DNA of 64,000 nucleotides, taken from positions 845-64,844 of the forward strand of contig JAAYBZ010000138.1 of NCBI GenBank assembly GCA_012744445.1, written 5' to 3'. Position 1 is the stretch's first letter. Every line of letters begins with the position of its first letter. The DNA is from Myxococcales bacterium. Lineage in GTDB: Bacteria > Myxococcota_A > Polyangia > Polyangiales > Houyiibacteriaceae. A model generated the notes under the pieces. It saw only the letters and a list, made by a program, of their open reading frames with translations, was not told where the DNA came from and did no database searches. Below are positions 46,041 through 53,790 of the stretch, one piece after another. A program made the translations under genes and the position numbers.

Positions 46041-46203
46041 TCGCCTGACGTTCGCCGACGCCCACCGCGCGTTCGGAGGCTCGACCTCCGCCGCCGGTGG
46101 GCGTTCGTCGTCTTGCGATCGCGCGTGCGCCGGGCGATCCTCGCTGCGGGCCCCATCCCCGCTCGAAGAGGAGTCGACCATCTACACCCTCGGCCTCGCC
46201 ACG

Positions 46204-47934
46204 ATGGACAACAGCGCCGCCTGCTTGTTCGACGGGCCCCGTCTCGTGGCCGCCGTGGAGAACGAGCGGCTGAGCCGCATCAAGAACGACGGCGCCTTTC
46301 CGACCCGCGCCATCGCGGCCTGCCTCGAGACGGCCGGTATCACCCTCGCCGAGGTCGATCGCGTCGCCGTCTACTGGCAGCCCTGGCGTGTGGGCACGCG
46401 CGCGTGGGGGACGCTCCGCAAGATGATGGGCTCGCGCGTCGCGCGCCGCGCCGTGGCCGCGCGGGCGCGGGCGATGTTCTCGCGCGCGGCCGGCGACCAC
46501 GACGACGCGGCGCAGGGGCGCTGGGCCGACCTCTTCCGCGTGCGGCGGCGCATCGAGGAGGCCCTCGGCGAAGGGCTCTGCGCGGAGATCCGGTTCTACG
46601 ACCACCACCTCGCCCACCAGCTCTACGCCGAGGCGATGCGTGACTGGGACGAGCTCGCCTCGCTCTCCTACGACGGCGGGGGCGAAGCGGCGTCTACGGT
46701 GGTGAGCGTGGTGCGCTCCGGCGAGCGGAGGACGCTCTCCGTACACCGCTGGCCCAACTCGCTCGGGCATTTCTACTCCACCTTCACCGGCTACCTCGGG
46801 TTCCAGATGCTCGAGGGCGAGTACAAGATGATGGGCCTCGCGCCCTACGGATCGCCGCGCTTCGCGAGCGCGCTCGAGGAGGAGATCCTCCGGCTCGAGC
46901 CCGAGGGGCGATATCGGTTGAACACGCGCCTCTGCGACTATCACGCGGCGCTCGTGGGCCGGTTCCATCCGCGGCTCGAAGCGCTCTTCGGCCCGCCGCG
47001 CAAACCGAACGAGCCGCCGAGCGAGGCGCACGTCGACCTCGCGGCCTCGGTGCAGCACGTCTTCGAGCGCGCCCAGGCGCACGTCCTCTCGCCGCTCGCC
47101 CACGTCGCGCCCGATCTCCGGCGGCTCGTGATCTCGGGCGGCTGCGCGCTGAACGTCACCGCCAACGGGCGCCTCCTCGAGAAGGGCCTCTTCGACGAGA
47201 TCATCATCCCGCCCGCGCCGCACGACGCGGGCTGCGCGATCGGGGCGGCGATGGCCGATCTCCGCGCGCGAGGCGTCGGCGTCGATCACGCCTCCGTCCG
47301 CACGCCCTACCTCGGGCCACGCTACGAGGATCGGCGCATCGCGGAGGCGGTGCGGCGCGAGGTCGGATGTGATCTCACCCCCATGGGTGAACAGGACCTC
47401 GTCGACGCGACGGCCGCGATCCTCGCCGGGGGGCTCGTGGTCGCGTGGTACCAGGGCCGATCGGAATTCGGCCCGCGCGCGCTCGGGGCGCGCTCCTTCC
47501 TCGCCGATCCGCGGCGCGACGAGATCCGCGAGGAGCTCAACCGAAAGATCAAGAAGCGCGAGCTCTTTCGCCCCTTCGCGCCCTCGGTCGTCGAAGAGGC
47601 CGCGGGCGAATTCTTCGAGCTCGCGCAGCCGAGCCCCTACATGAACATCGTCGCGCGCGTCCGCCCCGAGGCGAGATCGCGCATCCCCGCGGTCACGCAC
47701 GTCGACGGCACGGCGCGCGTGCACACGGTCTCGGCCGCGGCCAACCCGCGCTACCACGCGCTGCTGCGGAGGTTCGGCGAGCTCACGGGCGTGCCCGTGC
47801 TCCTCAACACTTCGTTCAACATCCAGGAGCCCATCGTCGAGACGCCGGAGGAGGCCCTCGCCACCTTCCGCGCCTCGGGCGTCGACGCCCTCGTCATCGG
47901 CCCGTACGTGGTGCGGAGGGAGCAGCTCGCGTGA
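46204..47934 (+). CDS. NodU/CmcH-family carbamoyltransferase
   Basis: AAVENERLSRIKNDGAFP, the YDHHLAHQ region, and C-terminal GVPVLLNTSFN. The conserved first strand IYTLGL lies in frame upstream of the ATG; see the finding on a possible ATC start at 46180. Confidence 0.85.
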   Translation: MDNSAACLFDGPRLVAAVENERLSRIKNDGAFPTRAIAACLETAGITLAEVDRVAVYWQPWRVGTRAWGTLRKMMGSRVARRAVAARARAMFSRAAGDHDDAAQGRWADLFRVRRRIEEALGEGLCAEIRFYDHHLAHQLYAEAMRDWDELASLSYDGGGEAASTVVSVVRSGERRTLSVHRWPNSLGHFYSTFTGYLGFQMLEGEYKMMGLAPYGSPRFASALEEEILRLEPEGRYRLNTRLCDYHAALVGRFHPRLEALFGPPRKPNEPPSEAHVDLAASVQHVFERAQAHVLSPLAHVAPDLRRLVISGGCALNVTANGRLLEKGLFDEIIIPPAPHDAGCAIGAAMADLRARGVGVDHASVRTPYLGPRYEDRRIAEAVRREVGCDLTPMGEQDLVDATAAILAGGLVVAWYQGRSEFGPRALGARSFLADPRRDEIREELNRKIKKRELFRPFAPSVVEEAAGEFFELAQPSPYMNIVARVRPEARSRIPAVTHVDGTARVHTVSAAANPRYHALLRRFGELTGVPVLLNTSFNIQEPIVETPEEALATFRASGVDALVIGPYVVRREQLA

Positions 47935-48803
47935 GCGGCGGCTTCTTCCTCACGGTGGACTTCGAGGAGTTCGCGCACGACCTCAAGCGCGACCTCGGGT
48001 TGTGGGAGACGGGGCCCCTGCGCGTCGACGCGCTCTGGTCGGGCTACGAGCGCATCGCGCGCTTCCTCGCGCGACACGGCGACGCCAAGGCGACCTTCTT
48101 CTGCACGGGGATCATCGCGGAGCGCGCGCCCGATCTCGTCGGGCGGATCGCGGCCGACGGCCACGAGGTGGCCTGCCACTACTTCTTCCACGACGAGATG
48201 GATCGCTCGAGCGCCGAGGACGTGAGCCGCTTCGCCGCGCGCGCGAAGGAGGCCCTGGAGGATGCCGCGGGGACGGAGGTGCTCGGCTTCCGCGCGCCGA
48301 AGTTCCGCATCGAGAGACGCGATCCTGCACAGTACCGCGCCATCGCGCGCCTCTTCCGCTACGACTCGTCGTGGTACGGGGCGTCGCCCGAGGAGGCGCG
48401 TGCGTTCCTGCGTCGTATGGGAGTGGACGCGCTCGCGCTCTTCCCCGTCTTCGCGGCGCCGCCCTTCCGCGGCGCGCCGCCGCTCCGGCTCGGCGGGAGC
48501 TACCTCAAGCTCTTCCCGCTCGGCGTGGCGGAGCGATGGATCGCGCGCGCGGAGGCGGCGGGGCAGGCGCCGATCGTCTACGTGCACCCCTACGAGCTCG
48601 CGACCGAGGGAGATTTTCTGCTCGACCTCGCGGAGCTCGCGCCCCTCGGGGCGGCGCGCGCGGCGTATTGGTGGCTCCGGCAGAACCAATGGCACCGCGC
48701 GGGCAACGGGGGCTTCGAGGCGAAGCTCTCGGCGCTCGCGCGCGCGCACGGCCTCCGCGGGAGGCTCCGCGATCACCTCGACGCGGCCGTCACGCTCGGC
48801 TGA
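47931..48803 (+). CDS. polysaccharide deacetylase (NodB homology/CE4, DUF3473-like)
   Basis: GTGA overlap with the carbamoyltransferase gene. Contains FFLTVDFEEF, ATFFCTG, DGHEVACH and GFRAP. Confidence 0.75.
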   Translation: MSGGFFLTVDFEEFAHDLKRDLGLWETGPLRVDALWSGYERIARFLARHGDAKATFFCTGIIAERAPDLVGRIAADGHEVACHYFFHDEMDRSSAEDVSRFAARAKEALEDAAGTEVLGFRAPKFRIERRDPAQYRAIARLFRYDSSWYGASPEEARAFLRRMGVDALALFPVFAAPPFRGAPPLRLGGSYLKLFPLGVAERWIARAEAAGQAPIVYVHPYELATEGDFLLDLAELAPLGAARAAYWWLRQNQWHRAGNGGFEAKLSALARAHGLRGRLRDHLDAAVTLG

Positions 48804-48929
48804 GCGCGGTGTCCGTTCGCGAGGTCCCACGCCCGGGAGCTGCGCAGAGGCTTGCAACGCGCGCGTCGAACACCGACATTGGGACGAGGCGGGGGGGAGC
48901 CCGCCGCAACACGCGAAAGGACGACGTCC

Positions 48930-49220
48930 ATGTCGAGCGAGGGGTATCACGAACCAATCGAAGAGCTCAGCGACGCGACGCGCGACATGCACCGCGCGAT
49001 CGTCTCGCTCATGGAGGAGCTCGAGGCGATCGACTGGTACAACCAGCGCGTCGACGCCTGCAAGGATCAGGAGCTCAGGGCCATCCTCGTCCACAACCGC
49101 GACGAGGAGAAGGAGCACGCGGCGATGGTCCTCGAGTGGATCCGGCGGCGCGACTCGACGTTCGCGAAGGAGCTCGAGGAGAAGCTCTTCACCACCGGCC
49201 CCATCGTGCACGGCCACTGA
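48930..49220 (+). CDS. encapsulated-ferritin (EncFtn)-family ferritin-like protein lacking a C-terminal targeting peptide
   Basis: AAAGGA precedes ATG 48930. HEPIEELSD...HRAIVSLMEELEAIDWYNQRVDA...ILVHNRDEEKEHAAMVLEWIRRRD...LFTTGPI is colinear with Rhodospirillum rubrum EncFtn as remembered. Confidence 0.75.
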   Translation: MSSEGYHEPIEELSDATRDMHRAIVSLMEELEAIDWYNQRVDACKDQELRAILVHNRDEEKEHAAMVLEWIRRRDSTFAKELEEKLFTTGPIVHGH

Positions 49221-49230
49221 CGGCCACTGA
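49211..49230 (+). repeat. 10-bp perfect tandem duplication spanning the EncFtn stop codon
   Basis: CGGCCACTGA CGGCCACTGA. Confidence 0.9.
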
Positions 49231-49490
49231 GGGCGGAGACGCGCGCCTCGCGCGACCTCGAGGCATCGAGCCGGAGCGTGGATCGGTACCAAGGGTGATT
49301 CTTTTCTCGCGCCACCATCTCTTCCGATGTGGGAGGCGGGAGCAGAAATTCCCCGTAATTCATGCTCTTCCTCGCGGTTTTGCGCGAATTCTCACGTTTT
49401 CGTGCCTCGACACGCGCATCACTTGGATCCATCCTTGGCGAGTTCCGGCGTCGCCGCGGAAAGCTGTTCCGATAACCAAGGATTTCACGC

Positions 49491-50024
49491 GTGAAGACCA
49501 TCTTTTCGGGTGCTGTCCCCATGACCACTCTCCGGACCTCGCGGAGCGCGTCCATCGACGTCCTCGAGATCGACGAGGATCACGTCAAGGGCGCGTACAA
49601 GAACGTGCTCCTCATGGTCTGGGCCAAGCGGACCCTAGCCGACGCGTATCGTCGGGCGATCAGCATCGTCCACGAGATGCGCGTCGATCACCCCCAGGGG
49701 GTATGTCTCTTCCAGGTCGTCGAGGACACGGCCGTGCCGCCGGATACCGACGCGCGCGAGGCGTTCACCGATCTCCTCAAGACCGAGGGCGTGAAGCAGT
49801 TCTCCGTCGTCTTCGAGGCGAGCGGCTTCAAGGCCGCGGCCGTGCGCGCCATCGTGCAGGCGGGGCAGGCGCTCGTCCGGCCCAAGTTCCCGCACTCGGT
49901 GCATCAGTCGGTCGCGGCGTCGGCGGCGTGGCACGCGGGCCTCTCCCGTGAGCACTCGGCGGCCGAGCTCCAGGAGGCCGTCCAGCTCCTGCGCGAGCTG
50001 CACCGCTCGCGCTACCCGGTCTGA
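49491..50024 (+). CDS. hypothetical protein
   Basis: 177-aa ORF with G/C-rich third positions, followed by a clean terminator. No family recognised. The start may be the internal ATG (MTTLRTS). Confidence 0.45.
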   Translation: MKTIFSGAVPMTTLRTSRSASIDVLEIDEDHVKGAYKNVLLMVWAKRTLADAYRRAISIVHEMRVDHPQGVCLFQVVEDTAVPPDTDAREAFTDLLKTEGVKQFSVVFEASGFKAAAVRAIVQAGQALVRPKFPHSVHQSVAASAAWHAGLSREHSAAELQEAVQLLRELHRSRYPV

Positions 50025-50048
50025 GCCGCTCTCGCCCCAGGGGCCGAG

Positions 50049-50085
50049 AAAAAGGCGCCGCCTCCTCTGAGGTCGGCGCCTTTTT
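50049..50085. terminator. bidirectional intrinsic terminator between convergent genes
   Basis: AAAAA-GGCGCCG, a 13-nt loop, then CGGCGCC-TTTTT. Confidence 0.6.
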
Positions 50086-50109
50086 CGTGCGCGTGAGCGA
50101 CCGCGCCGC

Positions 50110-50772
50110 TCAGGCGTTGGCCGCGCTCTGCTTCGCGAAGGCCACGTCGGCCATGCGCAGGAACGAGCCGAAGATGCGGCCGACCATCGGGAGCGCTCGC
50201 TCGCGGACGTCGTCCGGCAGGACCTCCTCGTCGCGCTCTTCGTCCTCGAACATCTCGTGGCCGGACTCGGCCTCGGCGTGGACGGGGCCGAAGTACTTGA
50301 GCTTTCCGTCGTCGCCCGACTCGGCGGCCTGACGGCAGACGCGCGCGATGAACGCGCCCGCGGCCGCCTCGAGCGCCTCCACGAAGACGATCCGCAGGCG
50401 ATCGTCGTCGACGCGGAAGATCTCGGAAGCGATCGCGAGCGATTCCTCGCGGACCACGTCGAGCGCCGGATCGTAGAGCCAGCGGACGTCGCGTACGCGC
50501 TCGCCGAAGATCAGGTCGAGGTCGTCGAGGAACCACTCCTGGTGCCCGCGATCCTCGCGCGCGTGCGTCGCGAGCGTCGCGCGGATCTCGGGATCCTTGG
50601 CGAGCGAGGCGTTGATGCGCGTGATGTCCTGGAAGGTCATCACCCACGGCGCGAGCACCTCCGCGAACGCGAGCGCACGCGAGAGGTCGGGGTTCGGCTT
50701 CATCTCGGTGAACAGGGGGTGGGAAACCAGCTCACCGAGGTGCTTCTGGATGCACTCGTTGACGATCTTCAT
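50110..50772 (-). CDS. heme-oxygenase-like fold protein (TenA/PqqC/HDO-type, possible di-iron enzyme)
   Basis: All-helical 220-aa protein with carboxylate/His pairs on helices (HAREDRGHQEW, EALEAAAG, HAEAESGHEMF). The family call is tentative. Confidence 0.45.
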   Translation of the reverse strand: MKIVNECIQKHLGELVSHPLFTEMKPNPDLSRALAFAEVLAPWVMTFQDITRINASLAKDPEIRATLATHAREDRGHQEWFLDDLDLIFGERVRDVRWLYDPALDVVREESLAIASEIFRVDDDRLRIVFVEALEAAAGAFIARVCRQAAESGDDGKLKYFGPVHAEAESGHEMFEDEERDEEVLPDDVRERALPMVGRIFGSFLRMADVAFAKQSAANA

Positions 50773-50799
50773 CTCGAATCCGGGGAGAGGTGGGTGCGC

Positions 50800-51909
50800 T
50801 CAGACGATCGCGGAGGGCGCGCTCGAATCACGCCGCGTCCGCTCGATCCTTCGGCGATAGAGCATGGGCGCGAGGTAGGCCGTGGTGCGGATCGCCCTCG
50901 GGCCAGGCCGGAAGGACGCGTAGGTGATGACGCCCGTGCACTCCCTGAGCGGGCCAGGCGCGATGGCCCTCACGGCGTCGTGGAGCATCGTCGCCTCGGT
51001 GGCGTCCATCTTGGACATGATGCGCGCGAGGACGGCTTCGTCGTTGGGGCAGTAGCAGCGGATGGGCACGTGCAGCGTCCCCACCGGCGCGTCGCTCTTC
51101 CCGTCGAAGGCGAAGCAGACCAGGATCGGGCGCTCGTTGAACGGGCCGAGGTGCCCCGTGAGCCCGTAGAGGAGCTCGGAGGCGAGGCCCGGGTCGAAGT
51201 TGCGCGTCGGCTCGACGAGGCGCTCCACGGCGCGCGCGGAGTCGGAGCGCGCGACGTAGATCTTCACGCGCGCCGTCTCGGTCGCCGCGAGGTCGAGCGA
51301 GAAGTAGCGGAGCGCGTCGCCGTCGTCGCCGACGAGCCGTTCGACGAGCGCGGCTTCCTTTTCGAGGCCGAGCTCGACGAGCGCCTCACGGACGAGCGAG
51401 GGCGCGCGCGCCGCCCCGTGGATCCGCGGGTTGACGTACGCCTTGAAGAGCGACTCGCCCGTCGACTCGAGCACGGCGGCGTGCCAGAGGGCGAAGACCG
51501 CGTCGTCGCCCTCCTCGGGGGCGAAGAGCGGCGCGATCCGGGCGAAGCGTTCGAGGCTCGCGCCTTCGTGCTGCGCGAGCGCGTCGTTCACCGCGAGGCC
51601 CGCCTTCCAATTGGACGCGAGCGTGAACGGTGCCTCCTGGGGCTCGACGAGCATGCGGAGCTCGGTGCGTCCGTCGTTGAACGCCGCCGAGAGCTCGAAG
51701 GGCGATCCGTCGTCGCAGATGTCGTTGGGCCAAGGCGGACGGTCCCCGAGCGGCAGCTCGGCCCAAGGACCGCTCAGCCGCTCGAAGACGCGCACGGCGT
51801 GCGCCACCGACTCCTCCGAGGCGTGGATCGCACGCCCCAGCGCCGTCGCGAACTCCCCCAAGGCCGCGCGAAAGGAGCGCGACCCACCCTCATCCATCAC
51901 GCGTGCCAT
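50800..51909 (-). CDS. DMATS-type (ABBA) aromatic prenyltransferase
   Basis: PWPNDICDDGSPFELS, LFKAYVNP, RYFSLDLAATETARVKIYV and ILVCFAFDG resemble tryptophan dimethylallyltransferase-family blocks. The start lies 1 nt after the stop of the upstream gene. Confidence 0.65.
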   Translation of the reverse strand: MARVMDEGGSRSFRAALGEFATALGRAIHASEESVAHAVRVFERLSGPWAELPLGDRPPWPNDICDDGSPFELSAAFNDGRTELRMLVEPQEAPFTLASNWKAGLAVNDALAQHEGASLERFARIAPLFAPEEGDDAVFALWHAAVLESTGESLFKAYVNPRIHGAARAPSLVREALVELGLEKEAALVERLVGDDGDALRYFSLDLAATETARVKIYVARSDSARAVERLVEPTRNFDPGLASELLYGLTGHLGPFNERPILVCFAFDGKSDAPVGTLHVPIRCYCPNDEAVLARIMSKMDATEATMLHDAVRAIAPGPLRECTGVITYASFRPGPRAIRTTAYLAPMLYRRRIERTRRDSSAPSAIV

Positions 51910-51910
51910 C

Positions 51911-53359
51911 TCAGATGTCGATTCCCGGAGTGAGGATCTTCTTCTTGTCGTAGCGCGCCTTGAGCTTGTTGTGCTCGGGCAGCTGCGGGCCGAGGTGGTG
52001 GACCCAGTCGACCCGAGCGAAGTCGAGCGAGCCGATCGGATAGCGATACCCGCCGTGGAGCCGCGCCTTGTCGAAGAGCCGGCGGTTGCGCCGCATCATG
52101 CGATCGGCGTACGCGGCGTCGTACCCCGGCGTGGGCGCCGCCGTGAGGATGTCGAAGAGGAAGATCCACTCGTCCTGCGGCAAGCGGAGCGAAGGCCGCT
52201 TGAAGCGCGAGCGGCGCTGCGGGAAGAGCAGGAAGAAGCCGGCCTCGCCGACGTCCTCGGGCGTGAGCGTGGGCATGACCTCGCGGACGTAGTGCTCGAC
52301 GGTGCGGCCGGGGAGGAAGACGTCGAACCAGGGGTGCATGACGTCGTCCCACATCCCCGCGGCCTTGAAGCCGTCGACCGCCGCGTCGACGCGGAGCGCG
52401 TACTCGAGGAACGTGGTGTCGGCGACCTGCATCATCGGCGCCACGTGCTCGAGGTCACGGAGGAGGTGCGCCTGGTTGGGCGGCTGCGCCGGGTCGTAGT
52501 ACTTCACGGCGTTGAGCACGCTCATGAAGCCGGGGCCCATCGGGCTCGGCACCCACATGTTGAAGACGTCGTCGAATTCGTTCCTCCGGAGGAGCTTCCA
52601 GAGGTCGCGGAACATCGACTGATCGTCGAGGTAGATCAGCTGGAAATTCAGCGCGCGCGGGAGCGCGGGGACGAGCTCGACCACGGCGCGCGTGATGATG
52701 CCGTATTGGCCGAGGCCGCCGAGAACGCCGTTGAAGAGATCGCGGTTCTTGGTGTCGGAGCAGCGCACGATGTCGCCGTTGCCGGTGACGACCTCGAGCT
52801 CGTAGACGTGGTCGATCTGCGCGCCGCGATCGAAGCTCGAGGAGATGCCGCCCATCGAGAGCGTGCCGCCGAAGGAGAGGCCCGTGAAGCCCGTGAGGAC
52901 GGGCGGCGTGAGGCCCTGCGGCACCGTGAGGTGGAGGAGATCCTTCCACGTGGCGCCGGCGTCGACGTCGGCCTCGCCCGCGTCGATCGAGTGGATCGCG
53001 TCGAGCGTGCCCATGTCGATCATGAGCGTGGCGAGCGAATGACCGTGCGTGGAGTGCGCCTGTCCGCGCGCCGCGACGCAGATGCGGTTGTCGGCGCAGT
53101 AGCGCACCATCTTCTGGATGTCGGCGACCGAAGCCGGGCGGAGCACCGCGTTGGGCGTGCCGTAGACGATGTTGCCGGCGTCGGTGGAGTACGCCTCGAG
53201 GCTCGAGGGATCGGTGACGAGCTCACCCTCCAGCGGCGGGATCGGCTTGTTCTTCTTGGCCTCCGCGACGGGGATCCAGCGCCCGCCGATCGGATCGAAC
53301 CCGGCGATGGCGGTGGCGGCGGCCACACCCGAGAGGAACTGACGTCGGTTCAATGCCAT
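51911..53359 (-). CDS. Tat-signal FAD-linked oxidase, cytokinin dehydrogenase (CKX)-like
   Basis: From ATG 53359: MALNRRQFLSGVAAATAIAG (twin-arginine). FAD PCMH domain (VLRPASVADIQKMV...AARGQAHSTHG). CKX-like C-terminal domain (MHPWFDVFLPG, KARYDKKKILTPG). Confidence 0.7.
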   Translation of the reverse strand: MALNRRQFLSGVAAATAIAGFDPIGGRWIPVAEAKKNKPIPPLEGELVTDPSSLEAYSTDAGNIVYGTPNAVLRPASVADIQKMVRYCADNRICVAARGQAHSTHGHSLATLMIDMGTLDAIHSIDAGEADVDAGATWKDLLHLTVPQGLTPPVLTGFTGLSFGGTLSMGGISSSFDRGAQIDHVYELEVVTGNGDIVRCSDTKNRDLFNGVLGGLGQYGIITRAVVELVPALPRALNFQLIYLDDQSMFRDLWKLLRRNEFDDVFNMWVPSPMGPGFMSVLNAVKYYDPAQPPNQAHLLRDLEHVAPMMQVADTTFLEYALRVDAAVDGFKAAGMWDDVMHPWFDVFLPGRTVEHYVREVMPTLTPEDVGEAGFFLLFPQRRSRFKRPSLRLPQDEWIFLFDILTAAPTPGYDAAYADRMMRRNRRLFDKARLHGGYRYPIGSLDFARVDWVHHLGPQLPEHNKLKARYDKKKILTPGIDI

Positions 53360-53417
53360 GTGCTCCCTCAACTTCTCATCACTCCACGGCGATGGTGAGA
53401 TCCCGACTTGTTTTGCG

Positions 53418-53445
53418 GAGAATTCACCCCGAAAGGTGAGTTCTC
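53418..53445. promoter_or_regulatory. 11-bp inverted repeat upstream of the prenyltransferase operon
   Basis: GAGAATTCACC, 6-nt spacer, GGTGAGTTCTC (10 of 11 complementary). It lies 59-86 nt upstream of ATG 53359. Confidence 0.35.
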
Positions 53446-53790
53446 GACTCATTCAAGAGTAAGCCGCGACGTCGAGCGATCACAAGAAAATTTCGAGACG
53501 AGAGATCGGATCCGTGCGCGGATGTAGTGACGTCGGAGCAGCGTTCACACGCACGCGCACGCAGTGCTCCGCGCGCACCGACGAAGCTCACCCCAAGGAG
53601 TGATCGTGCGCGCGAATGGCGACGCGATCGACGCGCCATCACGCGGGGAGACGACGTGCGAGCGCGAGCGCGCGACGGAGGGCCGCCGCGCTCGCGTGCG
53701 TCATCGGCGCGCGCTTGGGCGTGGCTCAGCTCGAGACGGAAGCGCCACCGCCGCCCGCGAAGGGGCGGTTGGTTCGAGGCGCGTGGTGCG

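Noticed and set aside
49211-49230. Considered whether the 10-bp duplication truncated a longer EncFtn with a targeting peptide
   Set aside because: Removing either copy still leaves the same in-frame TGA. The downstream frames encode nothing resembling a GSL-type targeting peptide.
49491-50024. Considered as a possible encapsulin shell partner for the EncFtn-like gene
   Set aside because: It is only 177 aa, has no resemblance to HK97-fold shell proteins, and is separated from the EncFtn gene by 270 bp of non-coding DNA.
39338-53359. LOG-family gene plus CKX-like gene as a fas-type cytokinin locus
   Set aside because: The two genes are about 11 kb apart with unrelated genes between them. The LOG-family protein is colinear with the housekeeping nucleosidase PpnN/YgdH.
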